Under the pieces are notes generated by a model that did not search any database, was not told the origin of the DNA, and saw only the letters and a program-made list of their open reading frames with translations. Source: an uncultured Pseudomonadales bacterium (GTDB taxonomy: Bacteria > Patescibacteriota > Microgenomatia > UBA1400 > PJMF01). Taken from it: a stretch of 64,000 nt of DNA. A program made the position numbers and the translations under genes. Positions 30,136 through 40,461 of the stretch are shown one piece after another (position 1 is the stretch's first letter; every line of letters begins with the position of its first letter). Location of the stretch: positions 445,171 to 509,170 of the forward strand of contig CAZUHV010000001.1 in assembly GCA_964620965.1 (NCBI GenBank), given 5' to 3'.

Positions 30136-31605
30136 CTACTCTTCGTCTTCTACTTTATATGCGATTAAAATGTCTCCAACTCTAAAATCAAGTTTTTTGT
30201 TTCTAAATGTCATTCCAAACTCATTTTTTGCTTTAACAGAATCGATTTCTTCTTTTCCATGCATCATACGTTTTGGAGTTGGGTTTACAACTATTTCGTC
30301 GTTTCGTTTTAAATGATACTTATCATTTTTCTTAAGTTCACCAGTTTTAACTTTACATCCTGCAATTCTCTCGCCATTCATTTCAAAAATTTGTAGAATC
30401 TCTGCTTCGCCTAAGACGACTTCATCAATTGTTGAATCAAGCAGCTTAAGCATTTGTTTTTGCAAATCTTCGATAAGTTTATAGATAATGTCGTAGGATT
30501 TAATTCTCACACCTGAATCTTTTGCCAAACGCTTAATTCTACTAGGAACTTTTGTATGGAAAGAAATAATGAGTGCACCACTAGTAGCAGCCATATCAAC
30601 ATCTTGCTCAGTAATCTCACCGACTCCAGATGAAATTAAGTTTGTGCTGTCTTCATCTATCACTTGCAAAATTGCCTCGAGTGTACCCTCTACATCAGCT
30701 TTAATAATTAAGTTTATTTTCTCTTTCTCTTCATTCTCAATCAATTGTGAAAAATCAATGTCTCCCCAAGGATTTGCAGCAGTTTCCTCTTGAGCTTCTT
30801 CCTCAACCTCAGGGTATTCAGCAGACATGTCTTTTACAGTAGAACCTACTGCAGGAACATCTTTAAAGCCAATAATTTCTGCAGCAAAACCAGGTTTTAC
30901 TACTGAAAGTTGCTCTCCTGTTGCAGAAGTTAATAACTTCACACGACCCTCAGCATCATCTGCATAGATGTCTTGTCTGTTTGTGAGTGTGCCTTTTTTA
31001 ACTATAACCGTTGCAACAACACCGCGCTTACTTTCCTTTGATGATTCAATAACAATTGCTTCTAATGGTGCTTCTGAATCTGCCTTGAGTTCTAATAGCT
31101 CTGCCATCACTGCAATAGTTTCCAAAAGTTTATCAACTCCTTTACCAGTCTTTGCAGAAATTTCTATAGCTTCAATATCACCACCATAATCTGTAACCAC
31201 CAAGCCGTGTTCCGCTAAACCAGACTTTGCAATATCAAGATTTACATCTGGAAGATCAGTTTTATTTATTGCAACAACCACTGGAACATTTGCATTCTTG
31301 ATGTGGCGAATAGACTCGATAGTTTGAGGTTTTACACCATCATTTGCAGCAACAACTAAAATCACAATATCTGTGATTCTAGAGCCACGCTCACGCATTT
31401 TATTAAATGCCGCGTGACCAGGAGTATCAATAAAAGTAATATCACTCCCGTTATGATTGATGCTATAGGCACCAATATGTTGGGTAATACCACCAGCTTC
31501 ACGAGCAGTGACATTTGTTTTTCTGATGTAATCTAGTAAAGTAGTTTTACCATGGTCAACATGGCCCATGATTGTAATAATTGGTGGTCGAGATTGTAGT
31601 GCCAT
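30136..31605 (-). CDS. infB: Translation initiation factor IF-2, short form without N-terminal domain
   Basis: GHVDHGKT, GGITQHIGAY, DTPGH, NKTD. Confidence 0.97.
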   Translation of the reverse strand: MALQSRPPIITIMGHVDHGKTTLLDYIRKTNVTAREAGGITQHIGAYSINHNGSDITFIDTPGHAAFNKMRERGSRITDIVILVVAANDGVKPQTIESIRHIKNANVPVVVAINKTDLPDVNLDIAKSGLAEHGLVVTDYGGDIEAIEISAKTGKGVDKLLETIAVMAELLELKADSEAPLEAIVIESSKESKRGVVATVIVKKGTLTNRQDIYADDAEGRVKLLTSATGEQLSVVKPGFAAEIIGFKDVPAVGSTVKDMSAEYPEVEEEAQEETAANPWGDIDFSQLIENEEKEKINLIIKADVEGTLEAILQVIDEDSTNLISSGVGEITEQDVDMAATSGALIISFHTKVPSRIKRLAKDSGVRIKSYDIIYKLIEDLQKQMLKLLDSTIDEVVLGEAEILQIFEMNGERIAGCKVKTGELKKNDKYHLKRNDEIVVNPTPKRMMHGKEEIDSVKAKNEFGMTFRNKKLDFRVGDILIAYKVEDEE

Positions 31606-31685
31606 ATATTTCCTTTTCTGTTTTTGTTTTTTGCTTTACTAGGTTACGATTTCTTTGCAACCAATATTGCTTTTGTACTTGAGTA

Positions 31686-32957
31686 TTAATCTTTGAGTAA
31701 GTTGAAAGAAGAGTCCTTTTCACTCATTTCTTTTTCGAATGCTTCGACTTTTTCATTTAAGATTTTTTCTTGATCTTCTCCGAGTTCTGCTTCTAACCAT
31801 TTGTTTTTGAATCTGCTTAAGTCGGCAACTGTTGTTAATTTATTTTCAACTAAGAAATCTCTGGTGTCTTCTAACAAACCTTTAAAGGTGTCAATCTCAT
31901 ACTCTTCTTCACCAGTGACTTTAGATTTAACTTCACCAGAAGCTGATTTAATTGTGATTTTGTATCCAGTTAACTTTGCAGCTAAACGAACATTTTGACC
32001 ACCTCTGCCAATTGCTAATGAGAGTTGATCATCAGGAGCTGTAACTTCTGCCAATTGTTCATCTTTGTTGATAACAATCTTTAATCCCTCTGCAGGAGCA
32101 AGTGCCCCTTGTAATAAAAGCTTTGGATCTTCTGAGAAAGGAATAATATCGAGTTTTTCGTTATTAAGTTCTCTGATAACTTCTTGAACACGAACACCTC
32201 TTTGACCAACACAAGAACCAACTGGATCAACACCATCTTGTGTTGAACGAACTGCTAATTTAGTTCTTACACCTGCTTCACGAGAGATTAGTGCAATCTC
32301 GACTGTACCAGCAGCAATTTCTGGAACTTCTCTTTCGAAAAGTTTAGAAACTAAATCCTTATCTGCTCTAGAAACAATAATTCTTTTTCCTTTGTGAGAA
32401 TCTCTAATCTCTTTGATCAAAACAGTAATGCGATTGTTCATTCTATAGAACTCACCACGCATCTGTTCTTCTGGAGGCATGTATCCTTGACCTCTACCGA
32501 TATCTAAAATAACAGCTCTGCCGTCCATTCTTAAGATTTGAGCAGTAACAATTTCGCCAACTCTTGATTGGAAGTCAGCTATAACTTTATCTTTTTCAGA
32601 TTCTCTGATTTTTTGAAGGATAACTTGTTTTGCGGTTTGTGCAGCAATACGACCAAAACCAGCTGGAGTTACATCTGCGGCTTTTGTTTCGTCCCATTTT
32701 GTGATTTCACCAGTTTCTTCATCTTTTTCTAAAATTGGGCATTTAAAAATTGTTGATTCACCACTATTTTCGTCTAATTCAACAAAATAGTAAGATTCTT
32801 CTTCAAGATGACCAAACTGTTTTCTGTATGCGGAAACTAGAGCTTGTTTAATTGCTCCATAAATAGAGTCTGGATCGATTTGTCTTTCGTTTGCAATTTG
32901 GTTAATTGCAGCTGCGAATTCTGTACGAACTACACTTGAGCTTGATTGAGCTGACAT
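31686..32957 (-). CDS. nusA: Transcription termination factor NusA
   Basis: FGRIAAQTAKQV, S1 and KH domains, LAIGRGGQNVRLA. Confidence 0.97.
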   Translation of the reverse strand: MSAQSSSSVVRTEFAAAINQIANERQIDPDSIYGAIKQALVSAYRKQFGHLEEESYYFVELDENSGESTIFKCPILEKDEETGEITKWDETKAADVTPAGFGRIAAQTAKQVILQKIRESEKDKVIADFQSRVGEIVTAQILRMDGRAVILDIGRGQGYMPPEEQMRGEFYRMNNRITVLIKEIRDSHKGKRIIVSRADKDLVSKLFEREVPEIAAGTVEIALISREAGVRTKLAVRSTQDGVDPVGSCVGQRGVRVQEVIRELNNEKLDIIPFSEDPKLLLQGALAPAEGLKIVINKDEQLAEVTAPDDQLSLAIGRGGQNVRLAAKLTGYKITIKSASGEVKSKVTGEEEYEIDTFKGLLEDTRDFLVENKLTTVADLSRFKNKWLEAELGEDQEKILNEKVEAFEKEMSEKDSSFNLLKD

Positions 32958-33073
32958 ATGTTTTTCCCTTTTATATTACTTTTTTTCTTATGCTATGCAT
33001 TTTTATACTATTTTTTGAACGTTTGAAGTCTTTCCTTTGTTGCCTAAAGCTTTTATACTTTTTGCATCTTAGT

Positions 33074-33104
33074 AAAAAAAAGAACCCTTTTTACTTGAGT
33101 CCTT
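33074..33104 (-). terminator. Weak terminator in the nusA leader
   Basis: GGACUC/GGGUUC stem (two G-U pairs) + U8, between promoter and nusA. Confidence 0.5.
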
Positions 33105-33127
33105 CCCTTTCAAACAATCTGGGTATT

Positions 33128-33155
33128 ATTATACCAAGAAATCACAAAGTTTCAA
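33128..33155 (-). promoter_or_regulatory. nusA-infB promoter
   Basis: TTGAAA-N16-TATAAT with extended TG. Confidence 0.6.
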
Positions 33156-33246
33156 TCATGAATTGAGCAACTTGAGCAAAAAAACAACTATCTGCCCAAT
33201 AAAGACAAAACTTGGATACTGTAAACTTGTAAAGAAATACCAAGTT

Positions 33247-34503
33247 TTAGAAATTGTACCCAGCCTCTGTACCTCTATGAAGTTTAGGATATGCATCTTT
33301 GTACATAGCTCCGGCTTCTGCTTTGGTTATAGATCTATCTGGGTGCCTTAAAACAACACGCACTAAAACATTTTCTAAATCTGGGTGTGATCCAAGTCTT
33401 TCAGCAGCTTTCTCATGTAAATCTTCATGAGAGGTTCTACTGACAATCACAATTTCTTCAATTAAAGGAGCATTTTCTCCGAAAGCAACTCTAATATTTT
33501 CACTAATATCTTCTTCTGTTAAGCCAAGAGGCTGACAATATGATAAGTCTCTCTTATTTGCAGGTTGATTAGAAACTTCTTTATAAGGTTTCATGTCACT
33601 CATCTGCTCTATAACTTTTGGATTTGTAGAACGAATTAATCTAATATCAGGAAGCTGCTTTCTAGCCATAATTAACCGTTCAATACCCATACCAAGTGCT
33701 AAACCAGAATATTGCTCAGGGTCAATTCCTGCGTTTCTTAAAACTTCAGGATGTGCTAAACCAGCCTCAAAAACTTCAATTTCTTGATCACCAATCACTG
33801 CATATACTTCTATGCCATCAACAGTATATGGGTGATTTGCTTCAAGAACTTTCATTTCAGCTCCTGGACAAGCAGCTTCAAAAATTGTTCTTGCTAACTT
33901 CAATAAATCTTCTCTATTGGTTGGCTGTCTTCCATCATTTTTTTGTACGGTCCAGATATCAATTTGATGAAATACATCTAAGTGTCTTGGGTCAATAACG
34001 TCACGTCTATATACTAAACCTGGAAGAACCAAAGTAATATCATTCGGAACTCCTACCTGGCTTAATTGTGCTAAAGTTCTTGGAATTAAAGCAGAAGTAT
34101 GAGTTCTTAAAATATTATTTTTATCAACATATCTTGTATAGGTAGCTGATCTACCAGGATTACCTCCAGGAAATAATAATGCGTCAAAGTTTTCTGTTGC
34201 CGGAACAACTGGATTGTCGCGAATAACAGTAATATTAGAGAAACCTGCTTGATTTAATTGTGCTAAAACATTGTCAAACACAATACCAATTATGTTTCTT
34301 CTGCTGCCTTCTGGAGTAGGAAGAGTTAAATCTTCAACAGATAATAACTGGGCTAAAACTTCTGGGTCTGTGAGTTCAAACTTAAGTTTCATTGGAAGAT
34401 CAGGATGAGCTTCTTTAATTAAGATTTGAGCTCTTGTAAGCGCATCTAAGTCTGTCAAATTTACTGGACCTAATTGTTCATGTAATGCATGAGTTTGAAT
34501 CAT
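33247..34503 (-). CDS. Monomeric PheRS-like class II ligase with C-terminal FDX-ACB-like domain (PheS-related 'mystery ligase' type)
   Basis: LRTHTSA, motif 2 GLVYRRD..D..H..VFHQ, motif 3 GLALGMGIERL, RDLS; HPYT in place of FPFT. Confidence 0.8.
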   Translation of the reverse strand: MIQTHALHEQLGPVNLTDLDALTRAQILIKEAHPDLPMKLKFELTDPEVLAQLLSVEDLTLPTPEGSRRNIIGIVFDNVLAQLNQAGFSNITVIRDNPVVPATENFDALLFPGGNPGRSATYTRYVDKNNILRTHTSALIPRTLAQLSQVGVPNDITLVLPGLVYRRDVIDPRHLDVFHQIDIWTVQKNDGRQPTNREDLLKLARTIFEAACPGAEMKVLEANHPYTVDGIEVYAVIGDQEIEVFEAGLAHPEVLRNAGIDPEQYSGLALGMGIERLIMARKQLPDIRLIRSTNPKVIEQMSDMKPYKEVSNQPANKRDLSYCQPLGLTEEDISENIRVAFGENAPLIEEIVIVSRTSHEDLHEKAAERLGSHPDLENVLVRVVLRHPDRSITKAEAGAMYKDAYPKLHRGTEAGYNF

Positions 34504-34583
34504 ATATTTTTGATTATAATTTAATTATATGGGATAGTCAATAGTTAAAATATATAAGATATTTTCAGATTAGGATTAAAAAT

Positions 34584-35717
34584 CTAGTTTGAAAAAAACT
34601 CTTTCAAAACAGTAACGACTTCATCAATATTCTCTTTAGTTAACTTTGAATAAAATGGCATAGTAACACAACTTGCACCCCACTGTTCTGCAACAGGAAG
34701 TTTTTCGAAGGTTCTATTTGGAGCAATTTGATCTTTATATAAAGTTAATTGATGAGTTGCAGGGTAATGCACACCAAATCCTATTTGTTTTTCTTGTAAG
34801 AACTCAAGAAGCGCCGTTCTTCTTTCTTTTGGCACAAGAATAACGACTAAATGAAATGCAGAATCACAATTTTCTGGGACACTTGGTGTTTTTATTTCTG
34901 GAATTTCACTCAAACGCTTGATGAAGTAGTTATACAAATTTGTTCTTAGCTCATGAACTTCACTAATTCTTTGAAGTTGTCCAATTAATAAGGAGGCCTG
35001 CATATTAGTCATATTTGCTTTTGTCGCAATCATTGCAGAATCATACACAAAAAAACCAGTCGTAGATTTAGCTAAAACACCTTTATTTGTACCAGCCCGT
35101 ACTGCTTTTCGAGCGTATTCGTCTAGACCTGGATCGTTTGTAGCAATTGCTCCACCCTCACCACAAGCAATATTTTTTGTTGCATAGAAACTAAAACAGG
35201 CAGCGTCTGAAAGATTTGCAGGTCGAATTCCGTCAATACTTGATTCAATTGCGTGAGCTGCATCCTCTAAAATTTTAATATTTTTCCCTGCAACAATTTT
35301 GTTCAGACGTTTCATATCAACCATTGCTCCATATAAATGAACAGGAATAATTACTTTTGTCTTATTTGTAATTGCTTTTTCAACCAAATCCAGATTGATA
35401 AGCCCTGTTTTTGGGTCAGAATCAACAAAAACAGCAGTTGCCCCAACTCTAGAAACTGCTTGAGCAGTAGCTACATATGTCATAGAAGGCAAGATAACTT
35501 CGTCACCAGCTGTAATTCCCCAATAACGGAGTACAACTTCTCCAGAAGCCGTCCAGCTTGATGTCCCAACTGCATGTTTTACTCCCAAATGTTTTGCAAA
35601 ATTCTGCTCGAACTCTGTTACAACAGAACCAGTTGTTAAAAAACCACTATCGATAACATCTAGTAGTCTTTTTTTATCATCTTCATTAATATTGTGAATA
35701 TAAAATGGAACACTCAT
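34584..35717 (-). CDS. DegT/DnrJ/EryC1/StrS PLP-dependent sugar aminotransferase
   Basis: PVHLYG, EDAAHA, FSFYATKNIACGEGG; start at MSVPF. Confidence 0.92.
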   Translation of the reverse strand: MSVPFYIHNINEDDKKRLLDVIDSGFLTTGSVVTEFEQNFAKHLGVKHAVGTSSWTASGEVVLRYWGITAGDEVILPSMTYVATAQAVSRVGATAVFVDSDPKTGLINLDLVEKAITNKTKVIIPVHLYGAMVDMKRLNKIVAGKNIKILEDAAHAIESSIDGIRPANLSDAACFSFYATKNIACGEGGAIATNDPGLDEYARKAVRAGTNKGVLAKSTTGFFVYDSAMIATKANMTNMQASLLIGQLQRISEVHELRTNLYNYFIKRLSEIPEIKTPSVPENCDSAFHLVVILVPKERRTALLEFLQEKQIGFGVHYPATHQLTLYKDQIAPNRTFEKLPVAEQWGASCVTMPFYSKLTKENIDEVVTVLKEFFSN

Positions 35718-35721
35718 TATT

Positions 35722-36630
35722 TTATTCTCCTCCATTAAAACGTTTTCTAAGTCTGGTAATACCATCAGAAACGCAAATACTAAAATTATTTTTCAGTTCA
35801 CAGTCCTTTGTAGCAAACGCTTTATAGCTCATACAACTATACTTTTGTGGCAAAGTGACAACTGTTGCTTTTAGCAAGTCCGAAACCATCTCTAGAACAC
35901 TTTTAACAGTTGCCTCTTCTTTATAAATTGCATTTACTTTAAATGGTTTAGGAGATTCTTCATATATTAGTCCAATAATGTGATCGCAAACGTCTTTGAT
36001 ATGAATGAGTGGTCTAATTTGTAAACCCTCTCCATGACAAGTAAGAGGGGTACTATTTACTGCATTTAAAACTGCTGCATTGATCAGTAAATCTGACCTA
36101 AATTTTTTGCTAAATCCAAATAGTGAGGCTGAACGAATAACTGTAATAGCAGTAGTTGATTCTTGAAACTGTCGTAAATATCTTTCTGCTAGAATCTTAG
36201 ATTTTGAGTATAGAGTTATTGGCTTTGGGTCATCTAAATTAAGCTCCGATTCATTCATGTATTCATAAATGCCTAGCGTAGACATAAAAATAAAGTGTTT
36301 TATGTTTGCCTTCACAGCTTCTCGATAGACATGATTCACTCCAAGTGTATTAATCCTGAGTGTTTCATCTTTGTTTATATCACAACCACTCACACTTGCA
36401 ATCGCTGCTAAATGTACCACAACATCAAAACCTTCTAAGTCTGACTCTGAAATTTTAGAAATATCTTGCTTTAAAATCTCACAATGGGGAAACCTTTTTA
36501 CAAATTCTTTTTTGGAGACAGTTGAGAAACGACTAATAACTTTAATTTGGGCGTCATAGTTTTGATCACTCAATTCTTGAATCAAGCGTGATCCTAAATA
36601 ACCTGAACCACCAGTTATTATGACTTTCAT
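35722..36630 (-). CDS. NAD-dependent epimerase/dehydratase (extended SDR)
   Basis: TGGSGYLG, HLAA, YSKSK. Confidence 0.9.
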   Translation of the reverse strand: MKVIITGGSGYLGSRLIQELSDQNYDAQIKVISRFSTVSKKEFVKRFPHCEILKQDISKISESDLEGFDVVVHLAAIASVSGCDINKDETLRINTLGVNHVYREAVKANIKHFIFMSTLGIYEYMNESELNLDDPKPITLYSKSKILAERYLRQFQESTTAITVIRSASLFGFSKKFRSDLLINAAVLNAVNSTPLTCHGEGLQIRPLIHIKDVCDHIIGLIYEESPKPFKVNAIYKEEATVKSVLEMVSDLLKATVVTLPQKYSCMSYKAFATKDCELKNNFSICVSDGITRLRKRFNGGE

Positions 36631-36713
36631 TGGGCAATTATAAGACTACATACTTGATATGTAAATAGGAAAACTATATAATACCAAAAATATTTGTTAG
36701 GAAAAGTAGTCAT

Positions 36714-37424
36714 ATGAAAAAATCCTATTCAGGAATGCAATCACCATTTATACCTTGGCTTGGTCTGCTCCAACAAGTCATTGAATCTGATGTTTTTTTT
36801 ATTGGCGACAACTTCTTATTCTCTAGAGACTCATGGGTCTATAGAAATAGAATTAAGGATAAAAATAATAACCAACCTTTATGGCTCAGTATTCCTATCA
36901 AAAAAAATCATGATAAAAGACCTCTCATTTCCGAATTAGAAATAGATAACTCCCAAGCATGGTACAAAAAACACTTAGGTTCTATAACTGCAAACTATGC
37001 AAAAGCTCCATTCTATAAAGAATATTTTCCTCGAATACAAGAAATTTATCTTAAAAAACATAGTAACTTGCTCGAATTTAATATGGACTTTCTATATCTT
37101 ATGCTTGATTTACTTGAAATCGAGAGAAATAAAATTCAGTTCAGATCAAGTTTAGGCGAATTACCTGAAGAAAAAAATGCTGCCATTATAGAAATGGGGA
37201 AAAAATGTGGTGCAAATCTATATTTAAGCGCTGCCGCTGGTGAGGGTTATGTTAACGTTGGCCTATATAACCAAAGCGGTATTGCTGTTGAGTTCCAAAA
37301 ATTTGAACATCCTGTCTATGAGCAACAAGGAATAGAATTCATAAGCCACCTATCTGCCTTAGATGCTTTATTAAATATTGGGGCAAAAGAAACAAAAAAA
37401 TTATTAGTGGAGTCCCTCTCATGA
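36714..37424 (+). CDS. WbqC-family protein
   Basis: QSPFIPWLG, YRNRI, WLSIP, NYAKAPF, YLS, HPVYEQ, LSALDAL. Confidence 0.92.
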   Translation: MKKSYSGMQSPFIPWLGLLQQVIESDVFFIGDNFLFSRDSWVYRNRIKDKNNNQPLWLSIPIKKNHDKRPLISELEIDNSQAWYKKHLGSITANYAKAPFYKEYFPRIQEIYLKKHSNLLEFNMDFLYLMLDLLEIERNKIQFRSSLGELPEEKNAAIIEMGKKCGANLYLSAAAGEGYVNVGLYNQSGIAVEFQKFEHPVYEQQGIEFISHLSALDALLNIGAKETKKLLVESLS

Positions 37425-38491
37425 AAAAAGAAATACATCCTTGGAGTTATGTTTTACAAAAAAATGGGAATAGAATCTTCCACGTTACTGACACCGGGTT
37501 AAACCCAATTCCAGAACAACCAGAAATTGCTGTAGCAACTTTTGAATATACAAGACCAAATAGTGCTGAAAGATACTCGAAAAATGGTATTAAAAAACCT
37601 TGGGACCTTGCTGGAGCTGAAAATATTAGAACTGCTAGTAAAACTTTCGACCACAGACAACTTCCGACAGTAAATTTTGAAGAAGAATCTGTAATTATTA
37701 GACCTACAGAATTTTTGAGTATGTTACTTAATAAAGAAATTACTGGAAACCACCCTATTCCAGTGACTGCTCTGGAATATTTTGTCTCTGCCCTAAATTA
37801 TTCTGATGCGCAAATTGCAAATATTGGGATTGAAGGGTCACTATGTATTGGACAAGCAAATTCAGAATCTGATCTAGACTTGCTTATTTATGGATACCAA
37901 AATTATCTTGATATTATTAGTCGCTTACAAGAACTTTTTAAGACTAATTCTAACATTATACCTTTAGCAAATTTTGATTATGGCAGAAATGAATTGATTC
38001 AAAGAAGAAAAGACCATTCTCCGTTCAATATTGCAGAACTCTTATATGTGACTGAAAGACGACCATATTTTTATATTAAACAAGTTCTTGCAGATGGTGT
38101 AGTTGTATATACAAAAGTTTCTCTTTTTGGTGTTGTGAACAAAGAAGATGGAAACTATCGAACTGAACTAGATGTATATCTCAATCCAGTCGAGGTTACT
38201 AGACTTGGAGTTGTAACTATTAGCGGACAAGTCACTGATGCAACACTCGGAATTACTATCCCAAGTGTTTGGAAAATTGCAGCACAGCATCAAGGAAAAA
38301 TTGTTGACTATATTGTTGATTATGCTGGAATTTTCCCGGAACACATTCAAACAGGAGAATTTTTCGAAGCAAGAGGAACTTTAGAAGAATACACAGACGC
38401 CAGTGGAAATTCAGGATATAGACTTGTAATCGCATATTGGGATCAGCACGTAAAAAATAACATGTATGTCAAACCAATTCTTAATAAATAG
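37421..38491 (+). CDS. Pol-beta-superfamily nucleotidyltransferase with C-terminal OB-like domain
   Basis: GIEGSLCIG...SDLDLLIYG; GEFFEARGTLE. Confidence 0.72.
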   Translation: MKKEIHPWSYVLQKNGNRIFHVTDTGLNPIPEQPEIAVATFEYTRPNSAERYSKNGIKKPWDLAGAENIRTASKTFDHRQLPTVNFEEESVIIRPTEFLSMLLNKEITGNHPIPVTALEYFVSALNYSDAQIANIGIEGSLCIGQANSESDLDLLIYGYQNYLDIISRLQELFKTNSNIIPLANFDYGRNELIQRRKDHSPFNIAELLYVTERRPYFYIKQVLADGVVVYTKVSLFGVVNKEDGNYRTELDVYLNPVEVTRLGVVTISGQVTDATLGITIPSVWKIAAQHQGKIVDYIVDYAGIFPEHIQTGEFFEARGTLEEYTDASGNSGYRLVIAYWDQHVKNNMYVKPILNK

Positions 38492-39488
38492 AATAAAAAA
38501 AGATGTAAATCTTTCGAAAGTTACTCTTTGTGGCTCTGGCTCTAGTGCTTTATTTCATCTGCTCAAAAATCTGAATCTAAAACCTACCGATGAAATCATT
38601 TTATCTAGTTTTAACTGCGAGAAAATTTTAGTGGCAATCAAACTTTTAAAGCTCCCCTACAAATTTGTTGATATTTCCCTTGAGACGCTCTCTCCAACTT
38701 TAGAAAACTATAAAAAAACAGTATCAGGGAAAACCAAAGTCATTATCCATCCACATCTCTGGGGATATGTTTCCACTGATTTTGTTAAAACTGTAAATTG
38801 GTGCAAAAAAAACAACATTATTCTTATTGAAGACATTGCAAGCTCTTATAGCTTAAGTTTTAAAAATAAAAAACTCGGATCGTATGGAGATTACTGCTTT
38901 GGAAGTTTTAACCATACTAAACCTTTAGACTTAGGTACAGGAGGATTTTACTCTTCTTTTTCTGCAAATCAAACAAAAAAGGATTTTACAAGCCCAATAG
39001 CATTTCAAATTATCAATACTACGTTTTACAACAAAACAATCAAATTTTTAAGAAAAGTAAACTCAAAATTACTTTTACAGCTCTTTATTGATAGCGTGTG
39101 TTTTTTCACTTTCTTAGCTAAGGAAACTACTTCATTTTCTAAAGAAAGAATCCTAGATGGAATAAAAAATCTTGAAACAAATAGAAAAAACAGCAAAAAA
39201 ATTGTTCTTAAACTAAAAAATATTCCAGGTCTACTAAAACCTAACAATGATGAACAGTATTCTCCTAGAGTGCTTGTACTAACAAATAAGAAAAATCAAG
39301 TTATAAGAGATAGAGAAAGAATTGGATTGTGGCTTGGGATTGATTTTTCTCATCCGCTATATTGGTTTTCAAAACAAAATCAAAAACTGCCAAATACTAA
39401 AACTGCTGCAAAAAAATCAGTTCAAATTATCACTGATTCAAAAAACACTACTCTTGAAAAAACAGTTGTTTACTTGGAAAATCTATAA
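38466..39488 (+). CDS. Divergent DegT-family PLP-dependent enzyme
   Basis: [30 protein letters not shown]. Confidence 0.75.
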   Translation: MSNQFLINRIKKDVNLSKVTLCGSGSSALFHLLKNLNLKPTDEIILSSFNCEKILVAIKLLKLPYKFVDISLETLSPTLENYKKTVSGKTKVIIHPHLWGYVSTDFVKTVNWCKKNNIILIEDIASSYSLSFKNKKLGSYGDYCFGSFNHTKPLDLGTGGFYSSFSANQTKKDFTSPIAFQIINTTFYNKTIKFLRKVNSKLLLQLFIDSVCFFTFLAKETTSFSKERILDGIKNLETNRKNSKKIVLKLKNIPGLLKPNNDEQYSPRVLVLTNKKNQVIRDRERIGLWLGIDFSHPLYWFSKQNQKLPNTKTAAKKSVQIITDSKNTTLEKTVVYLENL

Positions 39489-40349
39489 ACCAGCTTCTTG
39501 AAGTCTTTCAACAGCTTTCTTTTGTTGACGATTTAATTTTTCTGGAAAATCTACAATAAATCGCACATACAAGTCACCTTTACCTCTACCTTGTACGTGC
39601 TGGACACCTTCACCTCGTAAACGAACCATTGTGTGAGATTGTGTTCCGGGTCTTACCTTTAATTTTAGTGTTTCATCAACGGTTTCAACTTCTGCCGTAC
39701 CCCCAAGTAATGCCATAGAAACAGGAATTTTTTCGTCTACAAATAAATCATATCCTTCTCTTTTAAATCTTGGATGCGTTTTTACATTAATAGAAATATC
39801 AAATTCTGTAAATCGAATTCTGGTGCCATCATTTGCGCCTGCGGGAACTTTAATCTTATGTTTTTTTCCCTCAATCTCAACTTCTTTTGTCACCCCATGT
39901 ATTGCTTCAATAAAATCAACTGTTAAAGAATATCTTGGCCTTGCTTGAGCTCGAGAAAATCCTCCACCAAAGAATTGTTCGAAAATATCGAATGGATCAC
40001 CAAAATCTGCATTTTCAAAAGGGTTTGCACCACCACTTGAGCTATATGTATACGTAAATGGGCCTCCACCTTGTCTAAAACCACCAGCAAACGGATTCCC
40101 ACCCATACCCGCAGATTGATCAAATGCTGCATGACCAAATTGATCATAGCTTTGTCGTTTTTTATCATCAGACAAAACTTGATATGCTTCGTTTATTTCT
40201 TTAAACTTTTCTTCTGCTTCCTTTTTGTTGCTTGGATTTTTATCTGGATGCCACTTAAGGGCAGCTTTTCGATATGCAGATTTAATATCTGCTTTCGCTG
40301 CACCTTTTTTGACTCCTAAAATGTCGTAGTAATCTCTTTTTGTTGACAT
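39483..40349 (-). CDS. dnaJ: DnaJ-class chaperone without zinc finger
   Basis: [11 protein letters not shown] motif, G/F region, C-terminal domain; start at MSTKR. Confidence 0.93.
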   Translation of the reverse strand: MSTKRDYYDILGVKKGAAKADIKSAYRKAALKWHPDKNPSNKKEAEEKFKEINEAYQVLSDDKKRQSYDQFGHAAFDQSAGMGGNPFAGGFRQGGGPFTYTYSSSGGANPFENADFGDPFDIFEQFFGGGFSRAQARPRYSLTVDFIEAIHGVTKEVEIEGKKHKIKVPAGANDGTRIRFTEFDISINVKTHPRFKREGYDLFVDEKIPVSMALLGGTAEVETVDETLKLKVRPGTQSHTMVRLRGEGVQHVQGRGKGDLYVRFIVDFPEKLNRQQKKAVERLQEAGL

Positions 40350-40461
40350 AACCTTATCAAGCCCAATATCTGTAACAGAAACTGCTTTCACTAATTTTTG
40401 TAATTATAAATTAGCTATCGCAATGTTTCATTATACAAACATTGGGCTTTTCTAAAACGAC

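Noticed and set aside
30136-31605. infB as a truncated pseudogene
   Set aside because: GTPase and C-terminal domains are intact; IF-2 without the N-terminal domain is known in reduced genomes
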